From NCBI GenBank assembly GCA_963675745.2, contig CAXXWX010000026.1:224001-288000 (forward strand): a DNA stretch of 64,000 nt, written 5' to 3'. This stretch comes from Phycisphaerae bacterium. GTDB lineage: Bacteria > Planctomycetota > Phycisphaerae > UBA1845 > Fen-1342. The notes below the pieces were generated by a model that did no database searches, was not told the DNA's origin, and saw only the letters and a list, made by a program, of their open reading frames with translations. Position 1 is the stretch's first letter; each line of letters starts with the position of its first letter. Position numbers and translations under genes: made by a program. Below are positions 38,002 to 46,162 of this stretch, piece by piece.

Positions 38002-40869
38002 ATGAACGACCCTGCGGTCAGTCCTGTCTCTTCAGATCGTGACGCGCGTTTACGCCTGGCTATCTCGCGCGCCGCGGGGATCGCCACGCTGCTGCTGCTT
38101 GTCGGCACGATGTTCCTGAGCAGCCCGCGGCCCGATCAAACCTATCCCGGCCAGCTTCCTTGGTCTGAGTATTCTGTTCTGCGCGGGCTGATCTGGGTCA
38201 CGACCCTGGGCTGGTCCGTGGAAACCGCGCGCGGCGTCGAGATCAAGGATCTGGTGTTCCATGGGGCCGCGGTGCTGGGACTGCTGCTGCTCGCCGCGCG
38301 TACCCTGCTGTCGCGCCAGCCGGTACGTATCCGAGACTGCGTCAAACAGCCCTGGCTGGCGGCGCAATTCCTGCTACTGGCGTGGGTGGCACTCTCGCTG
38401 GCCAGCGCGCTGTGGTCTGGTGATGCGGCGCTGTCAATCGGGCAGGGGGTGCTGTATGCGCTGGCGCTGGCCTGGGCCATCAGCCTGGCCTGGACGCTCG
38501 AACGCCGGGATCTGCCCTGGATACTCGGGGGTGTGGTCGCGATCTCTAGTCTGTGCGCGCTCACAACCATCTGGTACTACATTGAACGCAACCCTCATCA
38601 CCGGCCCGGCTTCCCGATCGGAAACCCGAACTCGCTGGCCGCGTGCCTGCTTCCGGCGATCGTGATTGCGCTCAGCGTGGCCGGCTCTACGCTGCGCCGG
38701 CGCTGGCGGGAAGGCGGCTGGCACGACGTCCGCCAGGCCGCCTGGTGTTGTGTCGCGCTGCTGCCGCTGCTCATCGGCTTCTGGCTCGCCGGATCGCTGG
38801 CCGCAAAGATCGGAGTCGTAGCCGGTATCGGGACGCTGGTGTTCCTTCAGGTCGGGCCGCGCCGGCGTTGGTGGGTGATGCTGGCCGCGCTGTTGATCGT
38901 GGCGTCCGCGGTCACGTACCGCTTCAGCGGCGTCGGCGGTCTCTCGATGGGTCGCGGGGCGAGCGCGCGCTTTCGCCTGTACGCCTGGCGTTACGCATCA
39001 ACGCTGTGGCAAACGCATCCCTGGTTCGGCGCGGGGGCCGGCGCCTATCCGCGCCTAGCCAACGGCCTGTCAATCGAAGACGAGATGCTCGACCCGGCGG
39101 CGTTCATGGCCCCGATGCGCGGACATGCCCACAACGAGCTGTTCGAAATACTGGCCGAGGTCGGCTTGATCGGCGGCACGGTGTATGTGGCGGGCTATCT
39201 GGCCACGCTGGCGGGCGGATGGGTGCTGTTGCGCCGCCGCCAGACCGGCACGTCGCGTCTGCTGCTGCTGGGAGTGCTGGCTTCCGTGGTTGCACTCATG
39301 GCCGACGGAGGGGGAAGCGTGGGCATGCGACTGCCGGGCGTGCCGGTGCTGTTTTACACGATGATTGGTGTCATCTGGGCGTTGGGACGCTGCGACGCGC
39401 GTGGGGATGGCGTCGCCGAGGCGATCGCGGCGATTGTCGACCCGCGCGCCGCACAACGTCCACGCGCCTATCTGCCGCGGGTGGCGGGCGCGGCGGTGTG
39501 CCTGGCGGCCGCCTGCGGCGCCGGTTATTTCACGACCAGCAATTGGATCGGCGTCATACGCGAGCGACAAGGGCCGGCACTCTCCGCTGCCGGTGATCTC
39601 GCCGGCGCACTCCGCGCAACGCTGGATGCCGAGTCGCGCCTGTTGGATCCGGTTCGACGTCTGGGAGCCGACGAACGCGTTGTGCGCTACCGTTTCGCGA
39701 TCGCCGTACGTGCGTTTTATGCACTAGGTGGCGAAGACACGGACGAAGCCGCCCGGCAGGCTCATCGGGCGCAAGCGGCAAGGCTGCTCGTCGAGGCCTA
39801 TGAGGCAGCCGTGTATTTCGACCAGCGTATCCCCAATCTCGGCGACACCCCCACTATCGGCGCGCGTTGCGCGGAAATGCTCGCCCGCCTGGCGGACAAT
39901 GATCGGCCGGACGAAGCACGCCAGTGGCGCCGTCTGGCCGCGCAGGCCTGGGCCTGGCAGAGACGGCACAACCGCTATCACGTTGACGCGCTGCTGGCGC
40001 TGTCGCAGCCGCTGTATGGCGCGACGCTGCCGGTGCGCGTGACATTTCTGCGCGACGCCTTGCGGCTCGGTCGCGCCAGCGATGAGCGTTGGATGCGCTC
40101 CCTGCGTTGGTTAGCGCGCGAGCCGGGCTTTGAGGCCGCGCTGACCCGGGTTGTCCAGGCCGCCGGCCCGATCGACCCCAGGACGAGTGTGGACGCGATT
40201 GTGGCCTCCATGGCGCCGGAGGCCTATCGGCTCTCGGCGGCGTGGCGCTCGTTGCGTGGGGAGCACGCTGTCGCGGCTGAACAGGCCGCGCGCGCCGCGG
40301 CGCTTTACGAGCCGCTGCACGCGCGGTTCCCGACGCTGCGATCGGTAGCGCTCAGCGAGCAGGCCGAGTGCCTGTTTCGCGCGTCACCCCGGGAGACGAC
40401 ACCAGCAGCCGCGTTGGTGCGTCAGGCGTATGATGCCTTGCCAAACATCCAGCCACAGCAATTCGACGCCCTGGCTCGACCCTATTACCTGCAGATCGTG
40501 GGCTATGAACTGCTGGCCCCCGGGCGCGAAGATGAGGCGCGCCAGGCGTTCATCGACCAGGGTTTGGAACCGGTCGCCGCGCTGGCCGACGCCTACGTTG
40601 ATCTGGCAAGAGCATTCATCCACGCGCCGCTGACCTCGCGACCTGCGACGGTGGGCGTCTGGCTGACACGGGCAATCCAACTTGAGCCCACGCACGTCGA
40701 GGCCTGGCAGTACGGGGCGTGGCTCGCGGCCGAGACGGGCCGAGGTGAGGCCGTCGCCGGCGTGCTGGCGGACGCGCGGAAGGCGGGACTGACCGATACC
40801 GATATCGCGCGTATCCGCGCGCTATTGGCTGCGGAGTTTATCGCCCCAGGCGGCGGCGCGCGGCCGTGA
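38002..40869 (+). CDS. O-antigen ligase / O-oligosaccharyltransferase-like membrane protein with C-terminal helical (TPR-like) domain
   Basis: GNPNSLA, R...W...PWFGAGAGAY and HAHNELFEILAEVGLIG (Wzy_C-type) motifs; many TM helices; Ala-rich helical C-terminal half. Confidence 0.85.
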   Translation: MNDPAVSPVSSDRDARLRLAISRAAGIATLLLLVGTMFLSSPRPDQTYPGQLPWSEYSVLRGLIWVTTLGWSVETARGVEIKDLVFHGAAVLGLLLLAARTLLSRQPVRIRDCVKQPWLAAQFLLLAWVALSLASALWSGDAALSIGQGVLYALALAWAISLAWTLERRDLPWILGGVVAISSLCALTTIWYYIERNPHHRPGFPIGNPNSLAACLLPAIVIALSVAGSTLRRRWREGGWHDVRQAAWCCVALLPLLIGFWLAGSLAAKIGVVAGIGTLVFLQVGPRRRWWVMLAALLIVASAVTYRFSGVGGLSMGRGASARFRLYAWRYASTLWQTHPWFGAGAGAYPRLANGLSIEDEMLDPAAFMAPMRGHAHNELFEILAEVGLIGGTVYVAGYLATLAGGWVLLRRRQTGTSRLLLLGVLASVVALMADGGGSVGMRLPGVPVLFYTMIGVIWALGRCDARGDGVAEAIAAIVDPRAAQRPRAYLPRVAGAAVCLAAACGAGYFTTSNWIGVIRERQGPALSAAGDLAGALRATLDAESRLLDPVRRLGADERVVRYRFAIAVRAFYALGGEDTDEAARQAHRAQAARLLVEAYEAAVYFDQRIPNLGDTPTIGARCAEMLARLADNDRPDEARQWRRLAAQAWAWQRRHNRYHVDALLALSQPLYGATLPVRVTFLRDALRLGRASDERWMRSLRWLAREPGFEAALTRVVQAAGPIDPRTSVDAIVASMAPEAYRLSAAWRSLRGEHAVAAEQAARAAALYEPLHARFPTLRSVALSEQAECLFRASPRETTPAAALVRQAYDALPNIQPQQFDALARPYYLQIVGYELLAPGREDEARQAFIDQGLEPVAALADAYVDLARAFIHAPLTSRPATVGVWLTRAIQLEPTHVEAWQYGAWLAAETGRGEAVAGVLADARKAGLTDTDIARIRALLAAEFIAPGGGARP

Positions 40870-40922
40870 TATTCGAAGCCAAGTGCCGGAAAGCCGGCAC
40901 CCACGCACCAGGAGCAAGCGCA

Positions 40923-42092
40923 ATGACCATCGGATCTTCGAGCCTGGCTCAACTGGCCCGTATTCGAGACTTCAAGTCCCGCCGCACAAGCAGCTATGAC
41001 CGCAGCGGCGGCAACTTCGACTGGGTCGAGGTCGCGCCGGGGAAGCGGCACGTGCTCGCAGACGTTGACGGACCGGCGTGCATCAAGCACATCTGGTGTA
41101 CGCACAGCCTGGCACACCAGCGCGAGGCCAATCGCAGCATCGTCTTGCGCATGTGGTGGGACGCCGAGCGCACCCCCAGCGTCGAGGTGCCCATCGCCGA
41201 CTTCTTCGGCGGCGGGTTCGGCATCTGCAAGGATTTCTGGTCGTTGCCACTTCAGATGAACCCGGATCGCGGGAGAGCGATGAACTGCTGGTTTCCCATG
41301 CCGTTTGAAAAACACGGGCGCATCGAGATACACAACGAGTGTCACGAACCGCTCAACTTCTACTACTACGTGGACTACGAGGCGTACCGGGCCTGGGAAG
41401 GCGATCTGGCGTATTTCCACGCGCAATGGCGCCGCGAGAACCCGACGGCCGGATGGGGGCGCAAGGACATCAAGGGCCCACAGAATCGTGATGAGTTGCG
41501 CAAGGCCTGGAAAACGCCCAACACCACCGGCGTGGAAAACTACGTCATTCTCGATGCGACCGGCAGCGGGCAATACGCCGGCTGCCACCTGGACGTCGAT
41601 TGCTTTCAGCGGGAAAAGAACGACTGGTACGGCGAGGGCGACGACATGATCTTCGTCGATGGCGAGCCGTGGCCGCCGAGCCTGCACGGCACGGGCACCG
41701 AGGATTACTTCTCAACCGCCTATTGTCCGCGGACGGTCTATAACTCGCCGTATTGCGGGATCACGCAGTACAACGGAACGGACTGGGGGCCGGAGGGGGA
41801 ATGCTGGCCGTTTCGCGGAAAGAACTCGCTATACCGCTTTCACGTTGAGGACCCGATTCGATTCGAAAAGTCGATTCGCGTAACGATCGAACACGGTCAC
41901 AACAACAAGCTGAGTAACGACTACAGCAGCACGGCTTACTGGTATCAGTTCGAGCCGCACAAGCGGTTTCCAAAGCTGCCGCCGGCCAAGGCACGCATCG
42001 CTCGTCCGGACTTTCCGACGTTTACGGCGGCGTCCGGCACACCGGCCGGTCCGCCGCCGTCGGCGCGCAGCTCTCGTCGCCGGCGCCGCTAG
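40923..42092 (+). CDS. DUF2961 / glycoside hydrolase family 172 protein
   Basis: SSYDRSGGNFD, GPACIKHIW, PSVEVPIADFF, PMPF, YGEGDDMIFVDG, GTGTEDYF, YRFHVEDPIRF, IEHG; CAGGAG RBS. Confidence 0.92.
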   Translation: MTIGSSSLAQLARIRDFKSRRTSSYDRSGGNFDWVEVAPGKRHVLADVDGPACIKHIWCTHSLAHQREANRSIVLRMWWDAERTPSVEVPIADFFGGGFGICKDFWSLPLQMNPDRGRAMNCWFPMPFEKHGRIEIHNECHEPLNFYYYVDYEAYRAWEGDLAYFHAQWRRENPTAGWGRKDIKGPQNRDELRKAWKTPNTTGVENYVILDATGSGQYAGCHLDVDCFQREKNDWYGEGDDMIFVDGEPWPPSLHGTGTEDYFSTAYCPRTVYNSPYCGITQYNGTDWGPEGECWPFRGKNSLYRFHVEDPIRFEKSIRVTIEHGHNNKLSNDYSSTAYWYQFEPHKRFPKLPPAKARIARPDFPTFTAASGTPAGPPPSARSSRRRRR

Positions 42093-42511
42093 TCATCGTA
42101 GTAGATTCGCACGCCGGCGCGTCCACTACGGTAGCGTGGCGTTGTGTAGACCCGATCGCGGTGGCGTACATAACCGCTGCTGCGATAGTGCGGGGTGCTG
42201 TAGGCGTGGGCGCGCGTGTAGGTGCTGTACGAGCGGGGGCCGTAATGCACGTAGGCTGGGCGGTAGCGGCTTCGCTCATACACGACCACGGGGGCCGAGC
42301 GATAGACGCGCGTGGGGCCATAGTAATACGATGAGCCGTAGTAAACCGGCCGCGATCTGTAAGTGTGCACGCGATAGGCCGGTCGGCTGTAGCAACGGCC
42401 GCCGTTGCTGTAGCCCAGACTGATGTGGAAGTCACTCGCGCCGGCCGGGGCGGCCATCAATGCGGCGAACGCGGCCGCCGCGGTCCCGAAAACAAGCTTA
42501 CGAACCGACAT
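42089..42511 (-). CDS. Small secreted Tyr/Arg-rich low-complexity protein
   Basis: CAGGAG RBS; signal peptide ending AGA; mature part dominated by Y, R, S, V. Confidence 0.8.
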   Translation of the reverse strand: MSVRKLVFGTAAAAFAALMAAPAGASDFHISLGYSNGGRCYSRPAYRVHTYRSRPVYYGSSYYYGPTRVYRSAPVVVYERSRYRPAYVHYGPRSYSTYTRAHAYSTPHYRSSGYVRHRDRVYTTPRYRSGRAGVRIYYDD

Positions 42512-42905
42512 GTTGATCTCCTGGTTCAGAGCACATCAGATGTCGCGCTCTCAGAGTCATGATATCACACCGGCGGGCCGCAGATCCGCATCGTCGCGGC
42601 GGCCGGCCCGCGCTCCTCGATGGCGGTTTAGACACATGGCGGCGCGCGTGGTTAGGAAAACTGCCGATGGTCTGGTAGGGGAATGCGACGGTGGGCGTGC
42701 CGGATGCGCGCGACAGGCAGGCTGCGCCAGTCGGCCAGCCTGACCCCCGTTGGACGTAACTGCCTTTTTGGACGATGGTTATGTCGCATCACCGCTCTCC
42801 CGATGCCAACGCTGGGTCGTGATTCGGGCCGCGGGATGGCTATTGTGGCCGATGGCGCCAAACCCTACGATGGAGTGCCAACCCCGTTGTCAGGAGGACT
42901 GTGCC

Positions 42906-43751
42906 GTGAAGACGATTTTCAGATTCGAGCGCGCTCTGGCGCTGTGCGTTTGGGCCGGCTGGGTAGCCATCGCGACGGCCCAGTCGGTGAGCTATCTGAC
43001 GCCCGGCCACTACACCGCCCGCGTCGGCGATACGCTGCCCGTGCGCATAACTCAAGGTGCCGCGGCGCGGGCCACGCCGGTCGCCTGGCCGGCGGCTGAT
43101 CTCAAGTGGTTCATGATCCGTGGCGGAGACACGCAGCAGAATCACCATGCGGTCAACCCGTCGCCGAGTGACCCACAGGTAGTCAATGTGCCGCTCCAAC
43201 ATGCGGGCGTCACGCTGATCGCACTGGATGCCGACCGTGTGGAGACCGCGGTTGATTCCAACGCGCTGCAACAGTTCATCGCGGACCACATCGCCCCCGC
43301 GCAGATCCCCGCCGAGTTCAAACACGTAACGGCGTCCGATCTGCCGCGTATCCGCCGGGTGGTGTCGAGCAAGACGCTGGTGCGCGTGAGCTCAGCCGAC
43401 GGTGAGTCTGGCCCGCCATCCGAAATGGCCATCGCCAAGACCGGACAGCGCGCCGAAATCCGGCTGATGATCGATCCCACGTATACGAAGGTCGGCAGCG
43501 ATATCCCGATCAAGGCGTATATCGACGCCGGCGGCGCTGGCAAGGTTCAGTTCCAGGCCACGCACGTACCGACCGGAAAGACCCAGACATTCATCGCCAA
43601 CCAGGGCGGTGCCGGCTACTTTCGAATGTCCGACGCCGGGGAATGGCGTGTGGAGTTTCATGACATCCGGCCTGCCCGCAAAGACCCCGACGCGGACTGG
43701 CTGCTGTCCAGCGCGACGCTGACGTTCGAAGCACAGGAGGCGAAGAAGTGA
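42906..43751 (+). CDS. Secreted protein, DUF4198-like
   Basis: AGGAGG then GTG 42906; signal peptide; SKTLVRV, GQRAEI..DP, GEWRV, SATLTFE resemble DUF4198. Confidence 0.65.
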   Translation: MKTIFRFERALALCVWAGWVAIATAQSVSYLTPGHYTARVGDTLPVRITQGAAARATPVAWPAADLKWFMIRGGDTQQNHHAVNPSPSDPQVVNVPLQHAGVTLIALDADRVETAVDSNALQQFIADHIAPAQIPAEFKHVTASDLPRIRRVVSSKTLVRVSSADGESGPPSEMAIAKTGQRAEIRLMIDPTYTKVGSDIPIKAYIDAGGAGKVQFQATHVPTGKTQTFIANQGGAGYFRMSDAGEWRVEFHDIRPARKDPDADWLLSSATLTFEAQEAKK

Positions 43752-46057
43752 AGAGCTTGACGATTCGCCAGACGATGATGCGGGCGCGGTCCGCGGCGCT
43801 GCTGGCAGTGGTTGGTATTGGCATCTCGGCCGCAACCGCCACCGGGGGCGGCTGGACCGAGTTGGGACCGGCCCCAATCACCGCCGGCTTCACCGGGCGC
43901 GTGTCCGCGATTGTGTGCAGCCCCACTGACCCGGATACGTTCTATGTCGCCGGCGCCGACAGCGGCGTCTGGCGTACGACGACCGGCGGGGCGGCATACC
44001 AGTGGCAGGCGCTGACCGGTGACATGCCGACCACCGCGATCGGCGCGCTGGCGCTCGACCCGACAAACGAGAGCATCATCTACGCCGGCACCGGTGAGTC
44101 CAACTACGCCAATCACAGCCGTTACGGGCTGGGGCTGTACAAATCGACGGACGGCGGCGCAAGCTGGCTGCAACTCGCGGAGAGCACGTTCGCCGGCCGC
44201 TGCTTCTCGCGTATCCTGGTTGACCCGTCGAACACGCAGACCGTCTACGCCGCTATCACGCGCGCCGGCGGCTTCCCGGAAATGGCCGCCGCCAAAGGCC
44301 ATCCGCAGGCGGCCGGGCCGGTGGGCGTCTTTCGTTCAGATGACGGCGGCGTCACCTGGACACATTTGACCAACGGCCTGCCGGCGCTTTCCGCCACCGA
44401 CCTGACCATGGACCCGGTGGACCCCCAGGTGCTTTACGCCGGCATCGGACGCATTTTCGGCGACGCAAGCAATGGCATCTACGTGACGACTGACGGCGGC
44501 GCGTCGTGGACCAAGCTGGGCGGCGGGTTGCCGACGACCAATGTCGGACGCGTCAGTGTGTACGTTGCGCCCAGCATGCGCCAGCGCCTTTACGCCCTGA
44601 TCACAGAGGCCTGCGATGCGGCCGGCGGCGACGCCGAGATGGAAGGTGCCTATCGCAGCGACGACAGCGGGGCCACGTGGGTTTCGCTCCCGCTGACCAA
44701 CCCCCAGGCAACCTACGGATGGTACCTGTCTACCATCACCGTCCAGCCCACGAACCCGGACGTCGTGTTCATGGGCGGTGTGAGCCTCTGGCGTTCGACC
44801 AACGCGGGGCAGAACTGGGGCACCGTCACACCTCAGCACGTCGATATACACGCCACCGTGTGGAACGCGGATGAAAATCTCGTGTGCGGCAATGATGGCG
44901 GCGTACATGTCTCCGACGATCTCGGCTCGTCGTGGACGGGCGTTAACACCGGCCTGGGGACTATCCAGTTCTACGCCGGCTTGTCCATAGATCCGCTCTA
45001 CTCCAATCGCATCCTCGGCGGAACGCAGGATAACGGCACCAACATGAACCACGCCGTGTGGCAGTGGAATCACTTCCTCGGTGGAGATGGCGGCTGGACA
45101 CAAATCGACCAGGCCGAACCCAGACGTCTGTTCGGCGAGCTCCAGGGCACGGGGCAACTCTATCGCTCAACCGACTGGGGCGAAACGATGGTTGGTTCGG
45201 CAAACGGGATCGTGGGCGCCGATCGCAATTGCTTCCTGCCGCCCTACCTGATCGACCCGACCGACTCAAACAAGATGATCTACGCGACCCATCGCCTATA
45301 CCGGAGCAGTGACGGCGGATCGTCGTGGACGCCGGTGAGCGGAGACTTGACCACCGGCTCGGGCGCGATCCGGGCGCTGGCGATGGCCCCCTCAAACCCG
45401 GACGTGATTTACGCGGCAACCAACGACGGCAACATCCAGCGATCGGATGATGGCGGCCAGACGTTCACGTTGATTGACAGCGGCGTGACGGGTTGGCCGC
45501 GTGTCACGCGCGAGCTGTTTGTCGATCCAACCGATCCCAACACCGTGTACCACGCCATCGCCACTTTCGGGCAAACGCAAATCCGCCGCACATACGACGG
45601 CGGCCAGAGCTGGGAGGCGCTGGATGCCAGCTTCCCCGACGTACCGGTCAATGTCGTGATTGCGGATGTGCGCGGCGTGCGTCCGGTGATTTACGCCGGG
45701 GCCGACAACGGCATTTACTGGTCGCTCGACGAGGGCGGCACGTGGACGCGGTTTGGCACGGGGCTGCCAAACGCGCCGGCTATCGATCTCGTCTTCGATT
45801 TCCCCCGCAATCGGATGATCGCCGCCACACAAGGCCGTGGCGCCTGGCTGATCACCATCGGCACCATCGGCGACATGAACTGTGACGGAACGGTCAACAA
45901 CGGCGACATCGACGCCTTTGTGATGGCGCTGACCGACGAAGCAGCCTACGCCGGTTCGTACCCGAATTGTCACCTGGAGTTGGCGGACTGCAACGGCGAC
46001 GGGTGGGTAACAAACGGCGATATCGACCCGTTTGTGGATTTGCTGGCCGAACGCTAG
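43748..46057 (+). CDS. Secreted BNR/Asp-box (VPS10/GH74-like) beta-propeller protein with C-terminal dockerin-like domain
   Basis: WTELGP, GRVSAI, YAGTGE, repeated S.DGG.TW Asp boxes, GGTQDNGT, GGDG, AATQGRGAW; dockerin-like tail. Confidence 0.9.
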   Translation: MKSLTIRQTMMRARSAALLAVVGIGISAATATGGGWTELGPAPITAGFTGRVSAIVCSPTDPDTFYVAGADSGVWRTTTGGAAYQWQALTGDMPTTAIGALALDPTNESIIYAGTGESNYANHSRYGLGLYKSTDGGASWLQLAESTFAGRCFSRILVDPSNTQTVYAAITRAGGFPEMAAAKGHPQAAGPVGVFRSDDGGVTWTHLTNGLPALSATDLTMDPVDPQVLYAGIGRIFGDASNGIYVTTDGGASWTKLGGGLPTTNVGRVSVYVAPSMRQRLYALITEACDAAGGDAEMEGAYRSDDSGATWVSLPLTNPQATYGWYLSTITVQPTNPDVVFMGGVSLWRSTNAGQNWGTVTPQHVDIHATVWNADENLVCGNDGGVHVSDDLGSSWTGVNTGLGTIQFYAGLSIDPLYSNRILGGTQDNGTNMNHAVWQWNHFLGGDGGWTQIDQAEPRRLFGELQGTGQLYRSTDWGETMVGSANGIVGADRNCFLPPYLIDPTDSNKMIYATHRLYRSSDGGSSWTPVSGDLTTGSGAIRALAMAPSNPDVIYAATNDGNIQRSDDGGQTFTLIDSGVTGWPRVTRELFVDPTDPNTVYHAIATFGQTQIRRTYDGGQSWEALDASFPDVPVNVVIADVRGVRPVIYAGADNGIYWSLDEGGTWTRFGTGLPNAPAIDLVFDFPRNRMIAATQGRGAWLITIGTIGDMNCDGTVNNGDIDAFVMALTDEAAYAGSYPNCHLELADCNGDGWVTNGDIDPFVDLLAER

Positions 46058-46114
46058 GGCGAAACACCGGCATCCGTCCCCCACGGCAAGCCGTGGGGCA
46101 CCCTGCACGAGATA

Positions 46115-46151
46115 GAGGCCCGGCACCTGTGTCAAACCGGTGCCGGGCCTC
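46115..46151. terminator. Hairpin between convergent genes (possible bidirectional terminator)
   Basis: 13-bp perfect stem GAGGCCCGGCACC / GGTGCCGGGCCTC; no strong U-tract. Confidence 0.6.
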
Positions 46152-46162
46152 GGTTGTCGTGC

